Source of the DNA: Candidatus Jordarchaeales archaeon
GTDB taxonomy: Archaea; Asgardarchaeota; Jordiarchaeia; Jordiarchaeales; Freyrarchaeaceae
NCBI GenBank assembly: GCA_038889235.1
Contig: JAWAHN010000002.1
Span: forward strand, 314,356-346,355
DNA: 32,000 nt
Direction: 5' to 3'
Shown: positions 17,789 to 26,325 of the stretch, in pieces
Layout of the letters: each line of letters begins with the position of its first letter
Numbering within the stretch: position 1 is the stretch's first letter
The notes under the pieces: generated by a model
What the model saw: the letters and a program-made list of their open reading frames with translations, nothing else
Told to the model about the DNA's origin: nothing
Database searches by the model: none
Program-made: the position numbers and the translations under genes

Positions 17789-18813
17789 TCTCCTTCCCTC
17801 ACGAGTATAGGACCAGAATCCATATGTCTAATCCAGTATAACCCTGAAGGAAGTGCATTATATTTCTTCAGCTTCGGTATCTCTTCATCATAAGCAAGCT
17901 TGACGTATATGTATGGCATGTTAAGGCCGGCTTGTGAGAAGAAAAGACTCGTGGTGAAAAACCTTCCAGCGTTTATCTCTGTTGGACACGGAACTCCATC
18001 CTTGTTCTCCTTGAGGTCAACGCAGAAAATGCCGTTGGGCTTGTCGTCGACAGCCAATATGCACTCTGTCGCTATCCTATTTACATCTTCCCTATCTATA
18101 GTTACCGCGACGCTCGGCGTTCCTGTAACTCCTGAGGGAGCAAGGGACGGGTAAATGTATTCCAGTCTCTCCCTCGCTTGGGATACCACAAGTTCACCAT
18201 CCTTCCAAACACTGTGAAATGCTATGTTCCTCCCAGGTAGGTATTCTTGGGCGATAAACTCCCACTTCTCCCCCCTGCTACGCCAATACCTTATCCACGC
18301 CTGCGCCATTTCAAGGTTGTAACAGGGCGTTGACCCTCTGCCACCAGCCCCTGACGTAGCCCTAAGCCAGAAAGGAAAGCCCAGCACTCTGGCCGCCTCC
18401 TTCAATGAATCTTCATCCTCGACTGGTACCGTTTTTGCTACAGGTATCCCCTCTCTCTCCCAGATTTCAGCTGTCGCCTTCTTGTCCTGGCATATCCTAA
18501 CAGTCTCTTTCCTAGGAAGGAACGTTTTCGCCCTCAACTTCTCTCTATTCTCCGATAGCACCCTCACCTCAACGTCCGGCTGAGGGTGGACAAATTCAAC
18601 TTCCTCCCTCTCTATTATCTTGTTTAGTTTGTCTATGTATTCTGGGTGATTGCAGGGGGGTACAAGGTATCTTGCGTCACAGTCAGGTAACTCCAAGTGA
18701 TACCTGTTCGCGTCAGAACCAACTATGAAAAACTTCTCTGGGGCAAGTCTCAAGCTCTTAATGAAGTTTACCCCCGCAGGGCCTCCTGCTCCCGTCACAA
18801 GTATTCGTTTCAA
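17767..18813 (-). CDS. ATP-grasp domain protein (carbamoyl-phosphate-synthase-like, glycan-locus type)
   Basis: ILVTGAGGPAG N-terminal domain, CQDK, SGAGGRG loop, QEYLPG and EINAGRF. Confidence 0.82.
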   Translation of the reverse strand: MKRILVTGAGGPAGVNFIKSLRLAPEKFFIVGSDANRYHLELPDCDARYLVPPCNHPEYIDKLNKIIEREEVEFVHPQPDVEVRVLSENREKLRAKTFLPRKETVRICQDKKATAEIWEREGIPVAKTVPVEDEDSLKEAARVLGFPFWLRATSGAGGRGSTPCYNLEMAQAWIRYWRSRGEKWEFIAQEYLPGRNIAFHSVWKDGELVVSQARERLEYIYPSLAPSGVTGTPSVAVTIDREDVNRIATECILAVDDKPNGIFCVDLKENKDGVPCPTEINAGRFFTTSLFFSQAGLNMPYIYVKLAYDEEIPKLKKYNALPSGLYWIRHMDSGPILVREGEWRAKVV

Positions 18814-18814
18814 C

Positions 18815-19813
18815 TCAAACCCTCTCCTTAACGTTCCATCTTTCTGGGTTAGCCTTCACCCACTCTATCTCGCGCTCCACACCCTCTCTTAGACTCGTCT
18901 TAGGTTTCCATCCCGTTTCCCTTGCCACCTTCGAAATGTCCAATTGAAGGTTTCTCAGCTCTTTAGGTATCCTCCACCTCCCCGTGATGGATGAATACCC
19001 TCCTTCTGGAGGATCTTCATATATTGGTTCTAAAGAGTTTCCTGACAATTCTATGACGAGCTTCGCGAGATCCCTTATAGACGTGGCTATGCCGCTCCCA
19101 ACATTGTAAGCTTCGAAATCGCCTCCGTAATCGTCCTCTAAAAGAATGTTATGAAGCTCAGCAACATCTCTAACATATACGAAATCCCTCGTCTGTCTCC
19201 CGTCGCCAAATATAACGGGTGGCTTATTTTCTAACACGGCGCGTTTTATGAACATAGTTAACACCCTACCAAACCACTCCCTTTCACCGTAAACTATCCC
19301 GTATCTGAGAGCGCAGGTTTTAATGCCGTAAAATTGCGAGTACTGTAAGCAGTAAAGCTCACCTGCATACTTGCTGACACCATACGGCCAAGATGGTCTC
19401 TTGGGGTGTTCCTCGTCCTGAGGAAGCTTCACCGCCTCTCCATATATAGCAGCCGAAGAAGCATAAATCACCTTTCTAACCTTCTTTCTCACAGCGGCTT
19501 CCAAAACATTTATCGTTCCCTCAATGTTGATTCTTGCATCCGAAATGGGATCCTTTATTGCAGAACCTATTTCAAGCTGAGCTGCGTGATGGGAAATGGC
19601 GTCACACCCTTCAACAACATTCATCAGTTTAGGGAAATCTAAGACGTCACCCTTCACTATTTTTATGTCCATGGATAGGTCCTTTATGTTCTCCATGCTG
19701 CCAGTTGAGAAGTTGTCGTAAATTATGACTTTGTGGCCCTTGCGTGCAAGTTGTTCTGCTATGTGGCTTCCTATGAAGCCGGCGCCTCCAGTCACCAGCA
19801 CCTTCATTCTCAT
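18815..19813 (-). CDS. NAD-dependent nucleotide-sugar epimerase/dehydratase (extended SDR)
   Basis: VTGGAGFIGSH, YASSAAIYG, YGVSK (YxxxK) and GDGRQTRDFVYVRD. Confidence 0.92.
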   Translation of the reverse strand: MRMKVLVTGGAGFIGSHIAEQLARKGHKVIIYDNFSTGSMENIKDLSMDIKIVKGDVLDFPKLMNVVEGCDAISHHAAQLEIGSAIKDPISDARINIEGTINVLEAAVRKKVRKVIYASSAAIYGEAVKLPQDEEHPKRPSWPYGVSKYAGELYCLQYSQFYGIKTCALRYGIVYGEREWFGRVLTMFIKRAVLENKPPVIFGDGRQTRDFVYVRDVAELHNILLEDDYGGDFEAYNVGSGIATSIRDLAKLVIELSGNSLEPIYEDPPEGGYSSITGRWRIPKELRNLQLDISKVARETGWKPKTSLREGVEREIEWVKANPERWNVKERV

Positions 19814-20821
19814 TCACACCCCGTAGAGTCGCAGGAACGCCAAAGTCGCTATTGATGCGATGCACAACTCGAACAGTATGATCCCAACCGTGACATCCTT
19901 TTCGTACACTTTACCTTTAAGTTTCTTTAATATGACTATGAAGAGGTGAGCTACATCGCATATTTTGTAGTATGGCTTATCTAGTGTTCCGTCCTCGTTG
20001 ACTTTTCCGAAAGCCTCTATTTTCATTCTCCCTCTAGACCCAAATATGAAGTCCATGTAGTATGGGATGAAAAGTATGAGGGCTAGTTTCTCCATGTTGC
20101 CGAGTATGGCCATGCACGCCATTATGGCTCCAATCATGTAAGTGAACGTGTTTCCCGGAAAAACCTTCGCAGGGTACCAGTTGAAGTAGAGGAACGCGAG
20201 GAGAGCGGCGATCGTCGTCACTCCTATCATGGCCACCCAGCTTTCCCCCATAGCGTAAGCATACAGGCTCATTGCTGAAAGTATTACCACGCCCATGCCC
20301 GCCTCTAACCCGTTATAGCCTGCAAGCATGTTAAAACCATTAGATGCTCCAACAATCCCTATCGGAACAATTATCAGCGAGTAAAGCAACCCAAGGTCTA
20401 TAGTCCCCACAAATGGAATTGATATCACCGGATTTCCTGCCCCAGCGACCATCATAGGAATAGCTGCTGGTATAGTTAGCAGAGGCTTATGCCACTGTTT
20501 GAGCCCAATCTTCCATCCGAGAGCATCGTCAATCATGCCGACTATGGTCGTCATGAGAATGGTAGATAAGGCAGCGAAAATAAAGAGGTTAAGCGCCCTC
20601 TGGTTCAAAACGAATGAGTTAAGGGCTATGTAGAACATTAATCCGGAAGCTATGCCTGCAAAGACCGGCACACCCCCCATTTCTGCTACTTCAGGTCTAC
20701 CTACCTTGTTCATATCCTTACCCACGATGCCCGCGCGGTGGGCAAGCGGAATCCACCTCTTCGTTAGGAAGAACGAAACAACAAACGATAAAACTGGTGA
20801 AACTAGCAACAACGGCTCCAT
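19814..20821 (-). CDS. aglH: UDP-GlcNAc:dolichyl-phosphate GlcNAc-1-phosphate transferase (MraY/GPT family)
   Basis: Multi-pass membrane protein with GKDMNK...EMGG, GMIDD, NGFNMLAGYNGLE and FNWYPAKVFPGN, characteristic of archaeal AglH and eukaryotic DPAGT1/Alg7. Confidence 0.88.
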   Translation of the reverse strand: MEPLLLVSPVLSFVVSFFLTKRWIPLAHRAGIVGKDMNKVGRPEVAEMGGVPVFAGIASGLMFYIALNSFVLNQRALNLFIFAALSTILMTTIVGMIDDALGWKIGLKQWHKPLLTIPAAIPMMVAGAGNPVISIPFVGTIDLGLLYSLIIVPIGIVGASNGFNMLAGYNGLEAGMGVVILSAMSLYAYAMGESWVAMIGVTTIAALLAFLYFNWYPAKVFPGNTFTYMIGAIMACMAILGNMEKLALILFIPYYMDFIFGSRGRMKIEAFGKVNEDGTLDKPYYKICDVAHLFIVILKKLKGKVYEKDVTVGIILFELCIASIATLAFLRLYGV

Positions 20822-20888
20822 GAGTGCTCCCTCTCACAAGACCCCTCATATGACACTACACTTTTTAGCTCTTTCCTTCTTTCCCTCG

Positions 20889-20969
20889 CCGGGGAACTAT
20901 CAGCTCCAAAGGTTTTGGAGCTGACGCCCTCACCGGAACCAGGTAGTTTCAGCCTGAAGCTCTCTGGTT
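20889..20969. ncRNA. Two adjacent stable hairpins in the aglH leader / divergent intergenic region; unclassified structured element
   Basis: Perfect 11-bp inverted repeat TCAGCTCCAAA-ggt-TTTGGAGCTGA (20900-20924) closed by CCGG/CCGG (20889-20892, 20933-20936). It is immediately followed by AACCAG..AGTTTCA-gcc-TGAAGCT..CTGGTT (20937-20969). Confidence 0.4.
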
Positions 20970-21036
20970 TTCCCATGTTTTACTGTATGAAACCTTAAAA
21001 TTTTTTTATATTTAGAAATTTGTACTTAATAATGGA

Positions 21037-21675
21037 ATGGGTGGGGATGAATTGTTCAGGGAATATTTTAGGGATGCCTTATCTTCTAGGACTGTTCGTC
21101 CAAGTTTTTGTGAAGGTGACGTTCTGGGAGCACTTCTTCTGCTTGCTGAGGGACCCACTGGGCGTTATGCACTAAAGGATTTTTTAGGGCTAGGCGACGC
21201 TGCGGCTAGAACCTTGCTTCGCAGACTCCACCGCTTAGGCCTAGTTAAGCCCGCTGGGAGGAAGGGCCACATACTGACTGAGAGAGGTCGTTCGATTGCT
21301 GAATCTCTCAAACGTTACTTGGCGGAGTTTAAGGAGCTTCCAAGGAGCTTTCTCAGCATAGACAAGTGCGACTACGGGTTCAGGCTTAGGGGACTCTCGC
21401 ATATAATCTCTAACGGGGTTAAAGAGAGGGATCTCGCTGTTAGCAGTGGAGGCAAGGGCGCCACGACGATTATAGTCAAAGATGGGAGGTTCATAGTGCC
21501 ATCAGTTATGGAGCTCACAGGCAAGGAGGAAGATTTCTTGAGGCGCTTTTTCGACCCAGAAGAGGGTGACGTCATCTTGATAGTCTCAGCGAAGGATCGC
21601 TCAACAGCACTGAGGGCTGGACTCAACGTTGTTGCGGAGCTCATAATGCAAGCTGAAGTAGAAGGAATAAGATGA
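21037..21675 (+). CDS. Putative transcriptional regulator, N-terminal winged HTH plus archaeal DUF4443-like domain
   Basis: GRYALKDFLGLGDAAARTLLRRLHRLGLV...GHILTERG (wHTH) and RDLAVSSGGKGATT, recalled from archaeal DUF4443/DUF2111-type proteins. Confidence 0.65.
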   Translation: MGGDELFREYFRDALSSRTVRPSFCEGDVLGALLLLAEGPTGRYALKDFLGLGDAAARTLLRRLHRLGLVKPAGRKGHILTERGRSIAESLKRYLAEFKELPRSFLSIDKCDYGFRLRGLSHIISNGVKERDLAVSSGGKGATTIIVKDGRFIVPSVMELTGKEEDFLRRFFDPEEGDVILIVSAKDRSTALRAGLNVVAELIMQAEVEGIR

Positions 21676-21728
21676 AAAAGGATTCATAGGGCGTGCTCGT
21701 GAAAACACATAAAATAAAGAAGTAGTAC

Positions 21729-22160
21729 TTATATGTAGAGACTGCTGCAGTCCGATTGGTTTCTCTTGCTCCAAGCGCTTTGCCACTTTTTGAAGAAGCT
21801 TGCAGTCTCCTCTATTATGTCGCATATCTCCTCCGCGCCACTTGCTAGTACCTCCTGCAAGTTCCGCTTAATTTCTTCCTCCTCTTTCTCCCTTAACTTC
21901 TCCGTTACAGCCTCCCTGAAGAGCTGGACGGCCTTAGCGTCCTTTATCAAGTTAAGCAAGTATTTATTTATGAGCTCGTCGAACTTGTCGTCAGCGCTCA
22001 CAGTTTGTATTGATTCGAGGAGAGCGAGAAAAGCCACGTCAAACTCGTCTATGTCCAGTTCAAGGTTAGCGTTCTCGAGCTCCTCGATCAACTCTTCATA
22101 GCTGGAAAAGTAGATCCAGAAGAGGTTTCGCAGCTCATTAATAAGGGGATCTGTTGCCAT
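21729..22160 (-). CDS. Hypothetical acidic alpha-helical protein
   Basis: Open frame 21729-22208; ATG at 22160 follows GAGGTGG. Very E/D/L-rich; no family recognised. Confidence 0.65.
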   Translation of the reverse strand: MATDPLINELRNLFWIYFSSYEELIEELENANLELDIDEFDVAFLALLESIQTVSADDKFDELINKYLLNLIKDAKAVQLFREAVTEKLREKEEEEIKRNLQEVLASGAEEICDIIEETASFFKKWQSAWSKRNQSDCSSLYI

Positions 22161-22257
22161 GTACGAAAGCCACCTCACACTTCTACTTCCTACTAAGTCT
22201 AAAAGCATTTAAAAAGGTAACACGTAAAGCTTATATTACACTTTGACCCGGTGCGCG

Positions 22258-23094
22258 TCATCTGAGTTCAACTAACCCATTCGATAGGACAACGTCCCCA
22301 CGCTGGTTTTTCGCCTGTAAAATGTACTTTTTACCTTCGCCGTCAACCTTCCACCCTTCTAATATTACCGTATCACCTGGGAACACTACGTTCGAAAAGC
22401 GGAACTCGAGGGATTTAACCCTGACCGGATCGTTGCCGCAAAGCTTACGCACAATGGATCTACAAGCGAAGCCGAAGGTGCAGAGCCCGTGAAGTATTGG
22501 CTTCTCGAACCCAGCTAGTCTGGCGAAGTCCGGGTCTATGTGAAGGGGGTTTAGGTCGCCTGAAAGCCTGTAAATCACATTTTGATCCTTCCACGTCGCA
22601 AGCTGGTCTACGAAGTCTGGCTCCCTTTGCGGCGGCTCGTTAACACTCTTCGGCCCACGTTCCCCCCCAAACCCTCCAGCCCCACGAATAAGGAAGCCGG
22701 CTGTGTTGTCGCACACACGCCTTCCGTCTTCAGTCCTAGTTTCAGCTTCGACAACCATCAGTGCGTGCTTCCCCTTGTCGTATATGTTTGCTATTTTCGC
22801 TGTGGTGAAAAGCTTCCCCTCCCTCGGTATCTCACCGTAAAGGACTATCTTGTGTTCGCCATGCACTAGGCGGGTGAAATCCACTTTGGCTTCGAAGAGG
22901 CTCCAGGCGAGAGCTGGCTGAGCGATTATTGTTGCGAATGACGGGTAAACCTTCAACCTTTTCTCGTAGACAAAATCCAGGTCATCGTTGCCTGCCCCTA
23001 TTCCAACAGCGTAGAGCACCACATCCTTCCAAGTGTAAGAGTACATGAGAGGCTGCGAGACTTTACCAACAGCGCTTAAATCGACCCCCGGCAA
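22258..23094 (-). CDS. MaoC-family (R)-specific enoyl-CoA hydratase, double hot-dog fold (MFE-2 hydratase-2-like)
   Basis: DVVLYAVGIGA, PSFA, LVHGEH, the hydratase-2 motif YRLSGDLNPLHIDP, and PILHGLCTFG. Confidence 0.9.
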   Translation of the reverse strand: MPGVDLSAVGKVSQPLMYSYTWKDVVLYAVGIGAGNDDLDFVYEKRLKVYPSFATIIAQPALAWSLFEAKVDFTRLVHGEHKIVLYGEIPREGKLFTTAKIANIYDKGKHALMVVEAETRTEDGRRVCDNTAGFLIRGAGGFGGERGPKSVNEPPQREPDFVDQLATWKDQNVIYRLSGDLNPLHIDPDFARLAGFEKPILHGLCTFGFACRSIVRKLCGNDPVRVKSLEFRFSNVVFPGDTVILEGWKVDGEGKKYILQAKNQRGDVVLSNGLVELR

Positions 23095-23150
23095 CGAAAA
23101 TCCCTCCGAGCGAAGTAATAAGTGATAATACCTCCTAAAAAGTTTCTCGT

Positions 23151-24587
23151 TCAGCTTCTAAAGAAGACTTTAACCATTCCTAAGTCAAGAACTAGCGTGG
23201 AAGGAGCCGGAGGGGCAAAAGCCGCCTCCACAATGTAGACGTCCGCCTCACTTAACGTAAACCACCAGGAGGCTGCAATCGTCCAGCAGCTCACAACCTC
23301 CCGCCACATACCCCCACACGTGGGAAGTCCGGTAAAAGCAGTTACAGCTGACGCGTGGCTTACATAAAGTCCAACATAGCACACAGGTTGGGGCCTAACT
23401 AAAGCTACCCAAACTGCTGCCGCGTAAACCGGAACCGTGGTTGGCGTCAACGGCCCCCTGAGGTAAGTGGGCCAAAGGATTAGTGCGAGAGGCGATGAAA
23501 GGGAGAAAATAAGGGGGCTTTGAAAGGACACGAGTTCGGGTGGTGGGGGCTGGCCGGGCTGAAGCGGGTCCAAAGACTGTACGCCTCTACTAATAGTTGG
23601 AGGCGCTATGAGAAGCAACGCTAGTATTGTTGCCAGGAGAATCTTCTTCACTCTCTTAGTGTTCCACCTGCCTCTCGCAAGAGTCCTCCCTGCGAAGAAC
23701 GAGGCGGGGAGCATGAGGTATGCGCACAAGCGCGAAGGATATCCTGCAAAAATAAAGAAAGAGAGAGCGAGAAATAAGTAGGCGAGGGATGTGTCCTCCT
23801 TGCGCTTCACCGCGGCAACTACTGATGGTAGTGCTAAAAGCCATTGTATAACGGGTATGAATGGGGCTCCCGAAGCCTGCGTGGAAGCAAACCATTCAAT
23901 GTGGTTGGTGACGTGAAGGATCCAGGGGAGATAAGTGAGAGCCGAAACCGAGACTACTTTAGCGAAGAATCTGGCATACCCTGCCCCCCTCATTAAGCTG
24001 AACGTGAAAAGCGAAAGTGCGGCTGTCAGCGGCATGGAAATATGAAGCCACAGCATTACAGAGAAGAGCACCACTGAAGTCAACGCCCTCCTCTCCATAA
24101 AGGAGAGGATGAGTAGGGGGGTTAAAGCCAGAACTAGGGTCGCCGGCATAATCATTACAGCGAGAGGAAGCAAAGGCGACGCAGACGCTAAAACCAGGGT
24201 GGAGTAAAAAGCTGTCTTCTCGTCCGCGAGCCTCCTGGTTGAAAACCAGAAGGAGGAGAGGAGTAGAGGGTAAGTGAGAGTCTTCAGGATTCTAGCCGTG
24301 AAAAATACGTCTCCCCCAGAAATTCTCAATAGGAGCGCCATCAGCGCGTGGAGGAGTGGAGGGTAAAGGTGGGGTCTGCCAAGCGGGAAGAACTCCCAGA
24401 AATCCCACGTTGGAACGAAGCTGAAGACGAATATTTGACGGGCAACGCTCAAGTGATAAAAGTCGTCAACCAAGAGTGGAGGGTTCACGTGCAGCAAGAG
24501 TGTGAAGGTAGAAGCCACCAGTAGCAGAGAGGCATAGTCGAAGAAGCTGAGGGAAGAGGTTAGGTGGCGTGCACTGATTCTTGGCAA
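23151..24587 (-). CDS. Polytopic membrane protein, GT-C-fold glycosyltransferase-like
   Basis: About ten hydrophobic segments. The first external loop reads VDDFYHLSVA...W...G..LYPPL, typical of lipid-linked-sugar-dependent (PMT/ArnT/STT3-like) transferases. Confidence 0.6.
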   Translation of the reverse strand: MPRISARHLTSSLSFFDYASLLLVASTFTLLLHVNPPLLVDDFYHLSVARQIFVFSFVPTWDFWEFFPLGRPHLYPPLLHALMALLLRISGGDVFFTARILKTLTYPLLLSSFWFSTRRLADEKTAFYSTLVLASASPLLPLAVMIMPATLVLALTPLLILSFMERRALTSVVLFSVMLWLHISMPLTAALSLFTFSLMRGAGYARFFAKVVSVSALTYLPWILHVTNHIEWFASTQASGAPFIPVIQWLLALPSVVAAVKRKEDTSLAYLFLALSFFIFAGYPSRLCAYLMLPASFFAGRTLARGRWNTKRVKKILLATILALLLIAPPTISRGVQSLDPLQPGQPPPPELVSFQSPLIFSLSSPLALILWPTYLRGPLTPTTVPVYAAAVWVALVRPQPVCYVGLYVSHASAVTAFTGLPTCGGMWREVVSCWTIAASWWFTLSEADVYIVEAAFAPPAPSTLVLDLGMVKVFFRS

Positions 24588-24614
24588 ACTACACCACTCT
24601 CTTTTAGTCAGCTC

Positions 24615-25571
24615 TTACTTGCGCTTTTCTTCCACGACCTTGCTGAGTAGGCTTGGCAGTATTTCCTGCACGTCGCCAACCACTCCATAGTGGGCTACGG
24701 CGAATATCGGCGCCTGCGGATCCTTGTTTACTGCTATTATTAATTCACTATCCTTCATGCCTACAACATGCTGAAATGCACCACTTATACCAAGAGCTAA
24801 GTACAGCTTCGGCTTGACGGTTTTCCCGGATATCCCAACCTGTCTGTCCTTTGGAAGTAGGCCGCTATCGATAACCGGTCTACTACCTGCAACAGCCCCT
24901 CCAAGCACGTTGGCAAGCTCCTTAGCTAACTGGATGCTCGAAACAGCACCCCTTCCAACAGCCACTATGACGTCCGATTTAGATATATCAACCTCCCCCG
25001 TCTCCGGAGCTACAACCCTCACAGTGCGTCTCCTGGGCGGCTTCGAGGGGGCCAAGCTCAGCTCTTTTAGCTCACCATTAGTACGGGCCCCCTCCTTGAA
25101 CACCCCCTGTCTCACCGTTAAAACACACGGGAGGCGTTTCACCCTTAGGTCCGCCATAAGCTTACCCTGATATATGTAGCGTGACACCACAAGCCCCTCT
25201 TGCGCCACGGTGACGCCTACGACATCCGTCACCACCGGGCAGTTGAGCTGAACCGCTAATAGTGGCGCGAGCTCACAACCCTGAGAGGTGCTCCCCAAGA
25301 GCACCACGTCAGGTGTCTCCCTTTTAAAGAACTGCACTAAGACGTCCGCGTAAGTTTCAGGGTTGTACTCTTCAAGCTGCCCCCCCTTCAAAACCCATAC
25401 CTTGTCGGCGCTCCTAGAAATGCTGTCTAGTAAAGGCCGGTCCGCTCCCCCAACCACTACAGCTTCGCTAGTCCCGCCCATCTTGATCATGTTGGCAAGG
25501 TTTAGAAGCTCGAAGCTCACCGGGTTAATACCCTCGGACACTCGCTCAACTACTGCGAAGACCCTCATCAA
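24615..25571 (-). CDS. etfA: Electron transfer flavoprotein subunit alpha
   Basis: DISKSDVIVAVGRG, GSRPVID, RQVGISGKTVKPKLYLALGISGAFQHVVGM and AVNKDPQAPIF. Confidence 0.95.
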   Translation of the reverse strand: MMRVFAVVERVSEGINPVSFELLNLANMIKMGGTSEAVVVGGADRPLLDSISRSADKVWVLKGGQLEEYNPETYADVLVQFFKRETPDVVLLGSTSQGCELAPLLAVQLNCPVVTDVVGVTVAQEGLVVSRYIYQGKLMADLRVKRLPCVLTVRQGVFKEGARTNGELKELSLAPSKPPRRRTVRVVAPETGEVDISKSDVIVAVGRGAVSSIQLAKELANVLGGAVAGSRPVIDSGLLPKDRQVGISGKTVKPKLYLALGISGAFQHVVGMKDSELIIAVNKDPQAPIFAVAHYGVVGDVQEILPSLLSKVVEEKRK

Positions 25572-26311
25572 ATCACTCCTTTAACTTTCATTAACTTCAC
25601 GAGCTTAGACGCAACCTCGGATGGAGCTCCTCCTAAGATCTCCGCTTTCCTAGTAGGTGGGAAGTAGATTCGCTCGACAACCACTGCGGGCTCCCTCAAT
25701 GCAACCACGCGCTCCCTTAACTCCTTTGATCTAGCAGCCTTAATACCCATTATCGAAACATACCTCGGCTCATTTATCCCACTCTGAACGCTGACTAGGC
25801 AGGGAAGTGGAAGTAAGACCTCCTCGCTGTATCCTCCTTCAAGCTCCCTAACCGCTAGGACTTCACCTTTTTCGACACTTAGCCTCGTAACCGCCGTAGC
25901 GAAGGGTATTCCGAGCATCGTCGCTACAAGCCCTCCGACGAGAGCATTATTCGCATCCTGACTCATGAACCCCGAGAGCACCATGTCGAACATTTCGCCT
26001 CTCAAGACGTCAACTATGGCTTCAGCCACCTGACAAGCGTCAAATCCGACTTCGACAGGAACCTTAATAGCCCCATCAACTCCCATAGCCAAACACTTCC
26101 TCAGCGTTGCGTCACAGTTAACACCAACACTCACAGCGATTACTTCACCTCCATACTTCTCCTTCAACCTTACAGCCTCCTCAACAGCATACCTATCCCA
26201 CTCGTTTATATCGTAAGTAAGGCAGACCGGGTCGACGCCCCTTCCGTCGGCACTCACACGGAGAGTCGACTCAAGCAGTGGGGCATGCTTAACCAGAACA
26301 AAGATTCTCAA
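25568..26311 (-). CDS. etfB: Electron transfer flavoprotein subunit beta
   Basis: INEWDRYAVEEAVRLKE, LAMGVD, RELEGG and INEPRY. Overlaps the etfA start by 4 nt. Confidence 0.93.
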   Translation of the reverse strand: MRIFVLVKHAPLLESTLRVSADGRGVDPVCLTYDINEWDRYAVEEAVRLKEKYGGEVIAVSVGVNCDATLRKCLAMGVDGAIKVPVEVGFDACQVAEAIVDVLRGEMFDMVLSGFMSQDANNALVGGLVATMLGIPFATAVTRLSVEKGEVLAVRELEGGYSEEVLLPLPCLVSVQSGINEPRYVSIMGIKAARSKELRERVVALREPAVVVERIYFPPTRKAEILGGAPSEVASKLVKLMKVKGVI

Positions 26312-26325
26312 GGTTTTTCAACCCC

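Noticed and set aside
18968-19015. In-frame 30-nt intron in the epimerase gene (hairpin at an apparent insertion)
   Set aside because: Only a 2-bp exon helix and no closing intron stem in BHB register. The frame is intact, so it is probably a natural loop variant.
20880-20970. TPP riboswitch, C/D box or H/ACA guide identity for the aglH leader structure
   Set aside because: Only fragments match (CUGAU, GGCGAGGGAA, CUGA). P5, the UGAGA motif, the C box and the ACA tail are missing.
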